This document shows positions 8,658 to 17,697 of a stretch of DNA of 64,000 bases, piece by piece (positions within the stretch are counted from its first letter, which is position 1; each line of letters starts with the position of its first letter). The notes below the pieces were generated by a model. That model had not been told where the DNA came from. It made no database searches and saw nothing but the letters and a program-made list of their open reading frames with translations. A program made the position numbers and the translations under genes. The stretch is from an uncultured virus (IMG/VR IMGVR_UViG_3300037067_009054) (taxonomy: Duplodnaviria > Heunggongvirae > Uroviricota > Caudoviricetes), in the IMG/VR virus record IMGVR_UViG_3300037067_009054. The stretch is one strand, 5' to 3'.

Positions 8658-8945
8658 TTATGCTTGTATAAATACTGGCAGTCCTTTTGGTTTCCTCATG
8701 AATGCTCTCAGTTCACTTCTGTTCTTCACACTGTCGAAGTGTTTTTCTGGGATCTTTGGTGTTTTCCTTTTTCCTATCATTTCTTTTATTTCATTTTCAG
8801 TTGATCCTACTCGGTGTCCATTTCTCTTTGCCAATTTTCTGTTTTCTTTTTCAATTTTCATTGCGTCGGTATATGCTGTATAGCTCATTCCCGATTTCTT
8901 TGCGTTCATTGATTTTATTCCCGTGCATCTGTTTGCTTTGCTCAT
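8658..8945 (-). CDS. Basic hypothetical protein
   Basis: AGGTGA RBS; K/R-rich. Confidence 0.65.
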   Translation of the reverse strand: MSKANRCTGIKSMNAKKSGMSYTAYTDAMKIEKENRKLAKRNGHRVGSTENEIKEMIGKRKTPKIPEKHFDSVKNRSELRAFMRKPKGLPVFIQA

Positions 8946-9163
8946 TTTGAAATCACCTTCAGTTGGTCTATATTCTCTACAAGGTTGTTTTTAGCCCCGT
9001 GGTGGCACTTTAGTTTTTCATTGTTCTCATTGCCCATAAAACCTTCTGTTTTGCTAATTTCTCGTAAAATGGCCTATACCTCGGAGACCTTGATAGATCT
9101 CCGAGGGGAATATTCCCTGAAGGCTCATGTGAACTTTCAGGGGATCTATAATTATCATCTTTA

Positions 9164-9189
9164 AGCGTCGCGCTTGCAAGCGCGACGCT
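9164..9189. repeat. Perfect 26-bp palindrome centred on TTGCAA
   Basis: agcgtcgcgcttgcaagcgcgacgct. Confidence 0.9.
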
Positions 9190-9742
9190 ATGCGTTTACC
9201 ATCTCTCGGATGTCTTTTGCTAATTGTCCGTTTGCTATTCTCGTTGTTACTACGAGTTTCCCATTTGCGGATCTTTCGCCTTCTTCGATGATAATTTCTG
9301 CTCCTACCGATCGGGCTAATTGTCCTTCTCTGAAGTTTAAAATTCGCTGGGCTTCTTTGTCACCTTCTTTTGCTAGGAATCTTAGGGTTTGAATGCATAG
9401 GCTCGCCATTGCATTATCGTATCTTTTTGTTGGTTTTTTTGCATCTGGTTTGTAGATGTCTTCTGGTAAGTCTTCTAAAATTGTGTGTTTTGGTCTTCCT
9501 CGATCTTCAACGAAGTCTTGCCAGCTTTTGAAATTTGCCGATCTGTCTATGCATTGGCTTGGGTCGTGATCTACGAATAATGAGGATAAATTTCTGTCGT
9601 TGAATTCTTCGTCGTAATCCACTTCGTGGATTTCTGAATCTACTGCTAGTGTTTCTTGTCTTTCTAAGAAAAGTTCATGTTCGTTGATTATTCCCTGTGC
9701 TTTTATTGCCCATGCAGGGGTTTGAATTGAGGAGGAGGCCAT
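9188..9742 (-). CDS. Hypothetical protein
   Basis: GGAGGTGG RBS, abuts upstream gene. Confidence 0.75.
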   Translation of the reverse strand: MASSSIQTPAWAIKAQGIINEHELFLERQETLAVDSEIHEVDYDEEFNDRNLSSLFVDHDPSQCIDRSANFKSWQDFVEDRGRPKHTILEDLPEDIYKPDAKKPTKRYDNAMASLCIQTLRFLAKEGDKEAQRILNFREGQLARSVGAEIIIEEGERSANGKLVVTTRIANGQLAKDIREMVNA

Positions 9743-10198
9743 TTAAGCCACCTCCATCTTTGGTACTGGAACCTCTTCTACGGTCTTGATGTAATTCGCT
9801 CCTGTTCTTCCTGCTATGAAAGTGGCATCGAATATTACATCTTTCATGTTCCAGTCGTGCTTCTCGGCGATTGCCAAGAGTTGATCTACCACGGATGTTA
9901 TCCCTTGAAGAACCGTCAGTGTCTGTTCCTTATGTGAACTTAGTCTGATTACTTTGATTGCGAATACTTCACTTCCACCTTTCGTTAAATCTTCTCTCAT
10001 TTCATGTTCGAGGAATATTCCTCTTACTTTCTCCCCTGGTTTTCCCTGGAAGAACAGGCCAGTTTCCATCATCTTTTCACGGTTTTCAATTGATTTGATT
10101 CGTGCTCTCTGTGCCCATTCTGGTATCACTTTTGCTTCTACTGTTGCTGTCTCTACGTTCTGTACATCTGCTTTCTTGTTCATCTGTTTTGTTGCCAT
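9743..10198 (-). CDS. Hypothetical protein, possible OB-fold ssDNA-binding protein
   Basis: Own TATA promoter; beta-rich F..KPGEKVRGIF pattern; function is inference only. Confidence 0.5.
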   Translation of the reverse strand: MATKQMNKKADVQNVETATVEAKVIPEWAQRARIKSIENREKMMETGLFFQGKPGEKVRGIFLEHEMREDLTKGGSEVFAIKVIRLSSHKEQTLTVLQGITSVVDQLLAIAEKHDWNMKDVIFDATFIAGRTGANYIKTVEEVPVPKMEVA

Positions 10199-10219
10199 AT
10201 TAAACCAACCTCTTTACTT

Positions 10220-10241
10220 ACTTTAAACTATTTTTTTTTTT
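10220..10241 (-). promoter_or_regulatory. Archaeal TATA box with A-rich BRE region
   Basis: Minus strand A-run then TAGTTTAAAG, about 23 nt before ATG 10198. Confidence 0.55.
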
Positions 10242-10260
10242 GTTCTTACACTTCCTTTTC

Positions 10261-10371
10261 TTCCGTGATTGAGCGGATAATGCCATCGCCGGGCCAGTTG
10301 TTCACTGGCCCGGATGAGTTCGCAAACTCAGGCCCGAAGGGCCGATGGCTTTATCCAGCGATAACACGGAA
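10261..10371. ncRNA. Candidate structured RNA or ssDNA element (four-way junction)
   Basis: Nested stems ttccgtg/cacggaa, ggataa/ttatcc, gccatcg/cgatggc enclosing three hairpins. Confidence 0.55.
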
Positions 10372-10391
10372 TTTTTTATTCTTTTTCTTCT

Positions 10392-10523
10392 TTAAAGTTT
10401 AATTTCCTTACTTATTCTATCTAATGCCGTTCCTATTTTGATTGCTTCTGTTGCAAATCCTTTTATTTCTAGCAATGTTACTATCAATACTGCTTTGTTT
10501 GCATCTGTTATTTCGTTTTCCAT
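10392..10523 (-). CDS. Small hypothetical protein (not in ORF track)
   Basis: 43 aa MENEITDANK..., GGAGG RBS after palindrome. Confidence 0.5.
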   Translation of the reverse strand: MENEITDANKAVLIVTLLEIKGFATEAIKIGTALDRISKEIKL

Positions 10524-10542
10524 TTCTAAAACCTCCTTACTC

Positions 10543-10570
10543 AGCGTCGTCGCTTGCAAGCGACGACGCT
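10543..10570. repeat. Perfect 28-bp palindrome centred on TTGCAA
   Basis: agcgtcgtcgcttgcaagcgacgacgct; near copy at 11302-11327. Confidence 0.9.
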
Positions 10571-11025
10571 TATTTTATTACATGCCAGATTACGTGTTTA
10601 CCTAGTTTTGCTGCTTCCCAACCTGTCCAGCAGCCACCGGACTTTACGTGATCTGGGATCTCTTCATCTTTGTGCTTTGTGCAGTGATAGCATTCATCGA
10701 ATTTTCGGCCCCTATAAGTTTCAGGGTATTTTGCGACTACTATCACGTATAAGATGTCACTGCATCTAGCTATGTCTAAATTTCTTGCTTTGTAACCATA
10801 TTCACCATCCCATGAGTTGTTTTTTGGTGCTTTGATGTCCATTGGTAGATGTAGTGCTTCTGCTACTTCTTCTGACCAGATATCAATTCCACCTACTGGT
10901 GAATGACCAGATACTAGGACCGAGCCTTCGTGCTCTGTTAATGCTAGAAGGATTAACTTTTTGGCTATGAATTCAGTTCTCGAATTGAACTTATCCTTTC
11001 CATGACCGACAATTCCAATCTTCAT
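10570..11025 (-). CDS. SLOG-superfamily (YspA-like) protein
   Basis: KIGIVGHG, LVSGHSPVGGIDIW, YKARNLDIA..SD, SGGCWT. Confidence 0.7.
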   Translation of the reverse strand: MKIGIVGHGKDKFNSRTEFIAKKLILLALTEHEGSVLVSGHSPVGGIDIWSEEVAEALHLPMDIKAPKNNSWDGEYGYKARNLDIARCSDILYVIVVAKYPETYRGRKFDECYHCTKHKDEEIPDHVKSGGCWTGWEAAKLGKHVIWHVIK

Positions 11026-11288
11026 ATGATCACCTCAGCTTCCTCGCCTTCGGGCGAGGAAGCGTATTTTTCGATCCAAATTGCTGATAGGATCGTGGAT
11101 CTTTTTGATTCATCGAATAATGCTGCGGCTTTGATTAATTCTCCTTTCTTTATTGCTTTTATTATTTCAATGTCTAATCTGAAGTGGTATTCGAAAATTG
11201 CTCTTACCTGTTTGTCTTGTTCTTCGAATATTAGTTCTGCCAGGATGTTCATATCCTCAAAGCAATGTACTATTACTTTCTGTAACAT
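11022..11288 (-). CDS. Hypothetical protein
   Basis: GGAGGT RBS; ATGA coupling; hairpin 11038-11063 in its 3' end. Confidence 0.65.
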   Translation of the reverse strand: MLQKVIVHCFEDMNILAELIFEEQDKQVRAIFEYHFRLDIEIIKAIKKGELIKAAALFDESKRSTILSAIWIEKYASSPEGEEAEVII

Positions 11289-11301
11289 ATTTACCTCCCT
11301 T

Positions 11302-11327
11302 GCGTCGTCGCTTTCAAGCGACGACGT
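11302..11327. repeat. Hairpin, near copy of 10543-10570
   Basis: gcgtcgtcgctt-tc-aagcgacgacgt; upstream TGA at the loop. Confidence 0.9.
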
Positions 11328-11796
11328 TATTTTTTATGTTTCTATTTGGTACTGTCAATCCGTGGGTTATTCTTTCGGTTCCTTCTACTGTGAAGATTAG
11401 AATTGTTTCATTCGTTCCGTCTTGTTCTAATTTCTTGTTCATTACTTCATCTGTTTGGGGTTCGATCATTATCCATTTTCCGTCTTCCTTTTGATATGCT
11501 ACTGCGTAATGACCGTCTATGAACATGTCACATGGTTCTATGTTTACCATTAGTAGATCAAACTTCTTATCGGTTGCATTGCTTATTAGGTCCATTGAGA
11601 AATCTAGGCAATTGTGATTATCTTTGTCGTATTTTGCTTCGTTCGTTTGATCAGCTACTAAGAATCTATGAAATCTTACTTCATCATTTGCTGACCATTT
11701 AGTTGCTTCACTTATTTCGATGATTGCGATCATCGAAAGAAGGGCTATTCCTAACAACGTTATACATGTTAATGTTTTTTCATTCATCTTATTCAT
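11314..11796 (-). CDS. Secreted transglutaminase/papain-like protein
   Basis: Signal peptide; Y..D..NCLDFS, DGHYAV, IEPQTD (Cys-His-Glu). Confidence 0.7.
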   Translation of the reverse strand: MNKMNEKTLTCITLLGIALLSMIAIIEISEATKWSANDEVRFHRFLVADQTNEAKYDKDNHNCLDFSMDLISNATDKKFDLLMVNIEPCDMFIDGHYAVAYQKEDGKWIMIEPQTDEVMNKKLEQDGTNETILIFTVEGTERITHGLTVPNRNIKNNVVA

Positions 11797-11803
11797 CTCC
11801 TTA

Positions 11804-11977
11804 TTAGATATGTTCTGCTATTACTGCTACTATTGCTATCGCTACTATTGCTATCCATGCTACTATCGGTTGCCATGCTATTGCCATTGATTCTATATTC
11901 ATTTGTGCCAGTACATATATGCTCGCTCCTATTGCGAAAACAATGCTTAGTGCCATTAAACATTTCATTTTATTCAT
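11804..11977 (-). CDS. Small two-TM membrane protein (not in ORF track)
   Basis: 57 aa hydrophobic; same RBS/start block as the 11796 gene. Confidence 0.55.
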   Translation of the reverse strand: MNKMKCLMALSIVFAIGASIYVLAQMNIESMAIAWQPIVAWIAIVAIAIVAVIAEHI

Positions 11978-12686
11978 CTCCTTATTGCTTCTATTATTAC
12001 TATTAATTGTGTGTTTTGGGTGAAGTCCTATAATAGCCGTTTTGCGGCCCGTTTAACGGGTTTTTCGTTTGTCGATTATTATATATCACATTAACCAACC
12101 TCTTTCGGATCTCCTCCAGCGGGCGTGCGGTGTGCGGCAGTGAGTGAGGAGCTGGCTGAGAAAGCCAGCTAATCAGACATCTTACCACACACTTTACAAA
12201 CAAGCATTGCCCTGGGGCAACCCTCGCTACACATCTCGTCCTCGTGCGAGCAATCTACTCCGCCTTCACATCCAATAAGTGCCACGGTGTGACCACATTC
12301 CTTACACACTCTATCTACTCTTCCTATGATACGGTCCATTACTCCAACCTCCGGCCCGGCTTATATCATTCCACTCATACCAGCAATCAAGTATACTGAT
12401 ACTACAAGTATACCTATCATTGCAACTACCCTCTCCATACTATTCCTATTCTCAACCTCTTCCCCATCATACATCATTACCATCTTTCTTCACATCCTTT
12501 TCTTTTTATTCACCTTTACCTCGTCTCTTCGCTATCACTCTCCTATCTTCACTCCATCTCTTACTTCATTTCTAGCCCTTCACTCCATCTTCATCTCATC
12601 TTCTTTATTTCTTCTTTTTATTTTTTTATTTTTTTCCCCTATTATAGGGAACCCCTAAAAAACGCCTGATAATAATAACCGTTAAG

Positions 12687-12694
12687 TTTAAATA
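12687..12694 (+). promoter_or_regulatory. TATA box of the isolated plus-strand gene
   Basis: TTTAAATA about 36 nt before ATG 12730; GGTGA RBS follows. Confidence 0.6.
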
Positions 12695-12729
12695 AAAAAA
12701 AGCATAATTAAAGCGTCGGTGAAAAAACA

Positions 12730-13155
12730 ATGGTCGATGTGACGAAAGATAACACCGCAGTCAATGAACTGCGAGCTAGAATGCAGCTAACCGCTTCTGC
12801 ATTCAAGGAAAGAATGTTGAGAGACATTAACAGGCTTTACGAGGAAGTTGCAGACCTCGATACCGAAATTCAGGAAGGCATGAGCAACCGTGTCGGCGAC
12901 GGCTTCCAGTCAAACGAAGCTCGGAAATATGCGGCCCGACTTCGCGCCAACGTCCTCCGGGATACCGCCAAGGATCTTGAAGGCATCCAGGCCGATCTTG
13001 CGACCGCCATTTCCGGTCTCGTCGGTGAAAAATATGCTCTGGGCGAGTCTGATACCGTTGGCGGTCTCATTGGAAATGCCACCCCGAAGAACTATGAAAT
13101 GAGTGAGCTGGCGATCCAGGTCATGACTCCTCCTGGCCCCGTCCCGCCAGCATAA
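12730..13155 (+). CDS. Alpha-helical protein, candidate major virion/nucleocapsid protein
   Basis: Monocistronic, GC-rich C-ending codons unlike neighbours; own promoter and T-tract terminator; function inferred. Confidence 0.6.
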   Translation: MVDVTKDNTAVNELRARMQLTASAFKERMLRDINRLYEEVADLDTEIQEGMSNRVGDGFQSNEARKYAARLRANVLRDTAKDLEGIQADLATAISGLVGEKYALGESDTVGGLIGNATPKNYEMSELAIQVMTPPGPVPPA

Positions 13156-13157
13156 AC

Positions 13158-13177
13158 TCTTTTTCACACATTTTTTT
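13158..13177 (+). terminator. Archaeal oligo-T terminator
   Basis: tctttttcacacattttttt right after the stop codon. Confidence 0.5.
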
Positions 13178-13437
13178 GATTTAATTGAATTCCACATTTC
13201 GCTGCCACGGACGATATTCCGTTTGCCAGGGTCGTTATTGATGACGGTTCTATTTTATCCGACCCTTCTAGGATCAAAATCTTTGTCTTTTGGTCGTCCA
13301 TAATTTTCACGTAAATTTCTGCTTTCATGATCTCATCTTGTTTGACCCCATTGTATCTAAGATTTCCTCTCGGTTTCTTCTGTTTTGCACATACTTTTCA
13401 TGACATTAGTATGCATTTTTTGATGCGGAGAGGAGAC

Positions 13438-13701
13438 CGAGTGTAGGACCCTCTGACGAGCCTCTCTGGTATCGTAAGTGATGCTCGTCAGCGATTTTAG
13501 GAAGTTAACCACGCACGGTGAGGGTATTTATCACGATTGTGCATAAAATATCCAATTATAATATAGTACGGTGAAAACCAGGCCCAAACCGTCCTCGAAA
13601 ACCGAGAGGAGTAGATGGATTTAGACCTCATCCCAAAATGAAAACCAGCGACGAGCATCACTTACGATACCCAGCGAACTCGTCAGAGGCTCCTACACTC
13701 G
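13438..13701. repeat. ~60-bp imperfect inverted repeat with ~140-bp spacer (candidate origin)
   Basis: Arms 13438-13498 and 13641-13701; perfect 22-bp core 13468-13489/13650-13671. Confidence 0.85.
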
Positions 13702-16700
13702 CTTTTTGTGTTTCAACTGTATTGTGCCGCTGCTTCCTGTTTTTACTTGCGCCTTCCTAGAATAAGCGATCAAGTTTATTGCGTTCTCGAAAATCTTCCC
13801 CGCTAGTCTCAGTTTGTGTCCTATCTCACTTTTACTATACCATTGCTTCGAGTCTGATCTTAGCTGATTCAATATCATCTCGACTGTTACGTTCATCTCA
13901 CCTTCATCCACATAATCGTCAGCAGCTACCATCTTCGTGAACATTTTTTCATAAATTTTTTCTTTATTTGTCCCGTTCTTCGTCGTGGTCAGCCTTCCTT
14001 CCTGCCTCGTCGATTCGCTTGCTATCCCCATATCCAAAATAGTTCTTGCAATTCCAGCCGCACTCGCTTTTGTCTCCATTATCCTCCCACCCAGATATTT
14101 TATTTTCCATTCCTCCCCTTTCGGCACCACTACCAACTTCGCTTTATCGCTTCCCTGCTTCCTCGTCGGGCTGATTCTCAGGACCGAATTTGTGATTTCA
14201 TCTACCGTTATCCTTTTTGCCGTCTGCTTATCTACTACCGACATGAATGGCTGGGCAAAATCCGTTCCAATGGCAAACATCACATTGAACTGATCAACAT
14301 CCAATCCCCTGCTGATCTTCGAGTTTGCATAGAATACCGCCGTAAGGCCCGAAATGTTGACCCTCTGTAGGGCCTGTTCTCCCTCGGACGTGCATTTGAA
14401 TGTTCCATTGCCAATCGTCTTCTCGATCGTGTCCTGCTCATCCTTGCTTCCCGTGAGCACCATCATGGATCTCATGGTGTTTGCTTCTGCACTGCCTGAT
14501 AGAATTTTTATGATTTCGATTATTTTTTTTCTCAATCTTCCTTTCTTTCCCCTGGCATCTGTTTTTTCATCTTCATCAACTACCAGGAGCACAAAATTTT
14601 CTTCAAACCGGAATTTTTTTACTTCTTTTATTTTTCCGCCTTTCTCATTCACAAACATTTCGGCTCTAGCGGCCCCGATTATCACGATTTTTTCTGTATT
14701 CTCAAACCAGTCCATGTTTACGGCGGCATTTTTTTCATCGGCCATCAAGTAGAGCTTCGATACCACTCCACGAGTTTGCATCATTACCCTCATCTCTCTA
14801 TACGGGTACATCATGCATTTCACGATATCACCAAACTTTATATCGTCATCATTTCCGTATTCTTCATCATCGATGTTTATTTTTGTCGGCTCCCAGTCTT
14901 TCACCATCTCAAGTACTTTCTCTTCTACTTCGTCGGGTTCGATTTCACTCCCATCCATCTCTCCCAGTGCATCTCTTATTTCTTCCATTTTTTTCGCGTA
15001 TTTTGTTAATCGTTTATTTTCTTTTTTCTTTAATTCTACGATTCTTGTAGTTATATCCAGGTTATCCAATGGAGTCGTTATGTGGATTTTTCCATGAGAC
15101 CTCGTTATTTTTGCCAATTCTATTGATTGCGGATAGAAAAAGTTCATACATGTGTCTTCATCTATCACTGTTAATTTTCTTCTCTGCTCTCCTTCTTGTC
15201 TGGGCTTGTTTATGTTGTTGATTACCGTGAAACAATAATCCGCATATTCATCTGCAAATATCAGTGTGTAGTATGGGCACATTCCAATTGGAATTTTTTC
15301 TTTCGTTAAAATTGTGTTCTTCTCCATTAACTGATATGCCTTCTTCTTTAATCCCGACCAGGTTTCTCCACTGTCTCCTTCTTCCCTGTGCTGGTTCGGA
15401 TGCATAATGCACTGCTTGCACTCAAATTTTTCATTTTCTCCTCGTCTGCACATTCCCGGTTGCTGCTTTCCTTCAATATGCACACATTTTTTAATTCCTT
15501 TTTTCGTTGCATCTTGAAGCACATGCCTCACGATCTCGTGGTTTGGCGCGAAATAATTTCCTTCACCCGTTTTTATCAATAATTCAGTCGCGGTATATGA
15601 TTTTCCTGTTCTTGGTGATGCTATCCAGAGTTCCAATTTGTCTTTCGGTAGTTCCGGTTTCAGTTCATCCACCATTACCTTGTTTTCCATTTCTATTTCT
15701 TGTAGTGGTGCCTCTGTTACATCGCCGTCGATTAACCCTAGTTCTTCTGCTCTTCTCATCACTTCCGCATATTGTCCTTTTGTCAGGCATCCTTTCTTTA
15801 CGTCTTGACAATCTATTATTCCTTCTCTCACTGCTAGTAGTTCTACCCATCCTCCTCCTGTGTCATGGTTCCAGCAGTGCCATACTCCTTTAGATGGGTT
15901 TATGTTGAAGTTTCTTTTTCCCTTCGAGCTGTGGAAGAAGGGATGTTCTCCTTTAAATTCTCCATTTCCTTCTTTTACTACTTCTCCTTCCGGCCACCCG
16001 ATTCTTTCTATTGGCACTTCTATTACATTTGATGTCTTTCTTTCATAATTTGTCGGTTCGTCTCTTGGTTCCTTCTTTCTCAGTTTTAATGGTGCTAGTG
16101 CTTCTATTAACTGTTCATATGTTATTTTTGCAATTGGCACATCCTTAACTATTCGATATCTCTTTCCGCTCTTGTGTATGCAATTTGGACCTATTGCAAA
16201 TTGCCCTTTTGATTGGATATCTGCTAAATGCAGTGCATCTTTTGGATGGTTTTTGTCTTTTAGTACTGGATCATAACAAACTATTCTCTTTTGTAGCCCT
16301 TCTATCTCAAACCAAAGGTGTCTTTTTACACTTCCTAGTTCGCTTATACCACCAGTTTCCACTTCGAATGTCTCTGGTAATTTATCTATTACACCTAATT
16401 CTTTTAGCCTTGCGTATTCGTCCCCGTCGAAGCACTGCAACCATCCATTACCCGTCGCGATCCCATAGTTCCCTCTGCCTTTTATGTGCCCCATTAACTT
16501 TGGATCACCAAAAGCGTAGTTTCGCGTTGTTAAAAAGTCCTTTTCCTTCGGCTTCTTTCCGTCTCCTTTCGCTTTATCAATTAGGATGAATCTAGCTCCG
16601 TTATAGTTGGCGAGCTGAGGCGGAATAGATATTTCACCGAAAAATTTATATTCATCAGTGTTCTTATTATCATCTGCGTTCATCTGGTACTCTCCGGGTG

Positions 16701-16731
16701 CGTGCTCTGGCGATTGGGGTGCTGGTAACAC
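13693..16731 (-). CDS. Prim-Pol + CHC2-like Zn finger + SF2-like helicase fusion (replication protein)
   Basis: GNYGIATG..CFDGD, VETGG, RHLWF, DIQSKGQFAIGPNCIH; HPFFH..FNINPSKGVWHCW; SPRTGKS, VIDED, SRGLDV; start may be ATG 16683. Confidence 0.85.
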   Translation of the reverse strand: MLPAPQSPEHAPGEYQMNADDNKNTDEYKFFGEISIPPQLANYNGARFILIDKAKGDGKKPKEKDFLTTRNYAFGDPKLMGHIKGRGNYGIATGNGWLQCFDGDEYARLKELGVIDKLPETFEVETGGISELGSVKRHLWFEIEGLQKRIVCYDPVLKDKNHPKDALHLADIQSKGQFAIGPNCIHKSGKRYRIVKDVPIAKITYEQLIEALAPLKLRKKEPRDEPTNYERKTSNVIEVPIERIGWPEGEVVKEGNGEFKGEHPFFHSSKGKRNFNINPSKGVWHCWNHDTGGGWVELLAVREGIIDCQDVKKGCLTKGQYAEVMRRAEELGLIDGDVTEAPLQEIEMENKVMVDELKPELPKDKLELWIASPRTGKSYTATELLIKTGEGNYFAPNHEIVRHVLQDATKKGIKKCVHIEGKQQPGMCRRGENEKFECKQCIMHPNQHREEGDSGETWSGLKKKAYQLMEKNTILTKEKIPIGMCPYYTLIFADEYADYCFTVINNINKPRQEGEQRRKLTVIDEDTCMNFFYPQSIELAKITRSHGKIHITTPLDNLDITTRIVELKKKENKRLTKYAKKMEEIRDALGEMDGSEIEPDEVEEKVLEMVKDWEPTKINIDDEEYGNDDDIKFGDIVKCMMYPYREMRVMMQTRGVVSKLYLMADEKNAAVNMDWFENTEKIVIIGAARAEMFVNEKGGKIKEVKKFRFEENFVLLVVDEDEKTDARGKKGRLRKKIIEIIKILSGSAEANTMRSMMVLTGSKDEQDTIEKTIGNGTFKCTSEGEQALQRVNISGLTAVFYANSKISRGLDVDQFNVMFAIGTDFAQPFMSVVDKQTAKRITVDEITNSVLRISPTRKQGSDKAKLVVVPKGEEWKIKYLGGRIMETKASAAGIARTILDMGIASESTRQEGRLTTTKNGTNKEKIYEKMFTKMVAADDYVDEGEMNVTVEMILNQLRSDSKQWYSKSEIGHKLRLAGKIFENAINLIAYSRKAQVKTGSSGTIQLKHKKRV

Positions 16732-16768
16732 CCCACCATTCTCCTATTCTAAATGACATTGCAGGGGA

Positions 16769-17407
16769 TTATCTTGTTCTGTCCATATAAAACTTCGCCG
16801 CGATCTCTAAGAATTTTTGACCCTCTTCGTACATCTCGTCCGGCGTCATCTCAACCAGTATCACCCTGTCTCTTCTGACATATGGGATCATTCCCCACTC
16901 TGCGATCTTTCCTTCTGCTAAAAGTCCCAAGAAGTAAGCTCCTAGTTGCATTCTATGCGATTTATACGGCCTCTTCGAACTTTTCCAATCTAAAACTGTT
17001 TTCATTCCATCAATCGGGCCGAACCAGTCAAGCGTTCCTGCGCTTTTTGCTTCGTGTATTACAACCGTGTGCTCTACCATATTTGGTTTTCCCATTACCA
17101 GGCCCAGTTTTTCCCATTGATAAATTCTTTTGTCCAATTCTTCTTCAATATCTTTCGGCCATTGCTGATATGGCATCTCACTTGGAACATCGGGAGGTAT
17201 GTCTGAAACCATGTCCTGTAGTCTCATATGCATGATCGTTCCATAAATTCTCGCGTGCCTTGTCAATGTCGGCCAGTTCTCATTTCTTTCTTTCCATGCA
17301 TCAAGTTCTGGCTTTGGCAGCATTTCACCCAAAATCGTTGTCACGCTTGCATATTTCTTTCCGTTTATTACGTAGTTTCCTTCTCCGTCGCGCAGGGCCT
17401 GACTCAT
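16769..17407 (-). CDS. PD-(D/E)XK nuclease (phage exonuclease/RecB-like)
   Basis: YASVTTIL, GTIMH, AGTLD, VLDWKSS, QLGAY; start moved to ATG 17407. Confidence 0.85.
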   Translation of the reverse strand: MSQALRDGEGNYVINGKKYASVTTILGEMLPKPELDAWKERNENWPTLTRHARIYGTIMHMRLQDMVSDIPPDVPSEMPYQQWPKDIEEELDKRIYQWEKLGLVMGKPNMVEHTVVIHEAKSAGTLDWFGPIDGMKTVLDWKSSKRPYKSHRMQLGAYFLGLLAEGKIAEWGMIPYVRRDRVILVEMTPDEMYEEGQKFLEIAAKFYMDRTR

Positions 17408-17697
17408 CTCAATCCTTCCTCTCCGAATATTTTTTTCATCGTGTACAAAAATTCCCACCCCGGCTGTGTTACCTGGTATATTCCGTCACCCGATCTCGTT
17501 ATCATTAATTCTTTTTGCAATTTATCTGTCAATTCTACTGCAAGTAAGTAGTTTATCTGTACTGTGTTTGCTATATTTGTCCTTTTTATGTCCTTCTTTT
17601 TTTCTATTGTTTCCAATATTTCCATCATTAATCTTTCTCTTGATCTCGGTCTCTTTCTTTTCATCTGTTTTGCTAGTACCTCGGATTTCATGGACAC
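17404..17697 (-). CDS. Winged-helix regulator (HTH_45-like)
   Basis: RSR...EILE..RTNIAN...NY...YQVTQPG.EFL. Confidence 0.75.
   Translation of the reverse strand: MSMKSEVLAKQMKRKRPRSRERLMMEILETIEKKKDIKRTNIANTVQINYLLAVELTDKLQKELMITRSGDGIYQVTQPGWEFLYTMKKIFGEEGLR

Noticed and set aside
10282..10349. Cloverleaf as a tRNA gene
   Set aside because: No D-loop GG, 7-nt anticodon loop or canonical T-arm; arm lengths are wrong
1437..11327. Hairpin series as a CRISPR array or true integron attC array
   Set aside because: Repeats are not identical, are separated by whole genes, lack RYYYAAC/GTTRRRY ends, and no cas or tyrosine-recombinase gene is seen
12326..12658. 110-aa hydrophobic plus-strand ORF
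   Set aside because: Product of an extreme pyrimidine tract; no RBS; low-complexity translation
16769..17407. Cas4 call for the nuclease
   Set aside because: Lacks the four Fe-S cysteines
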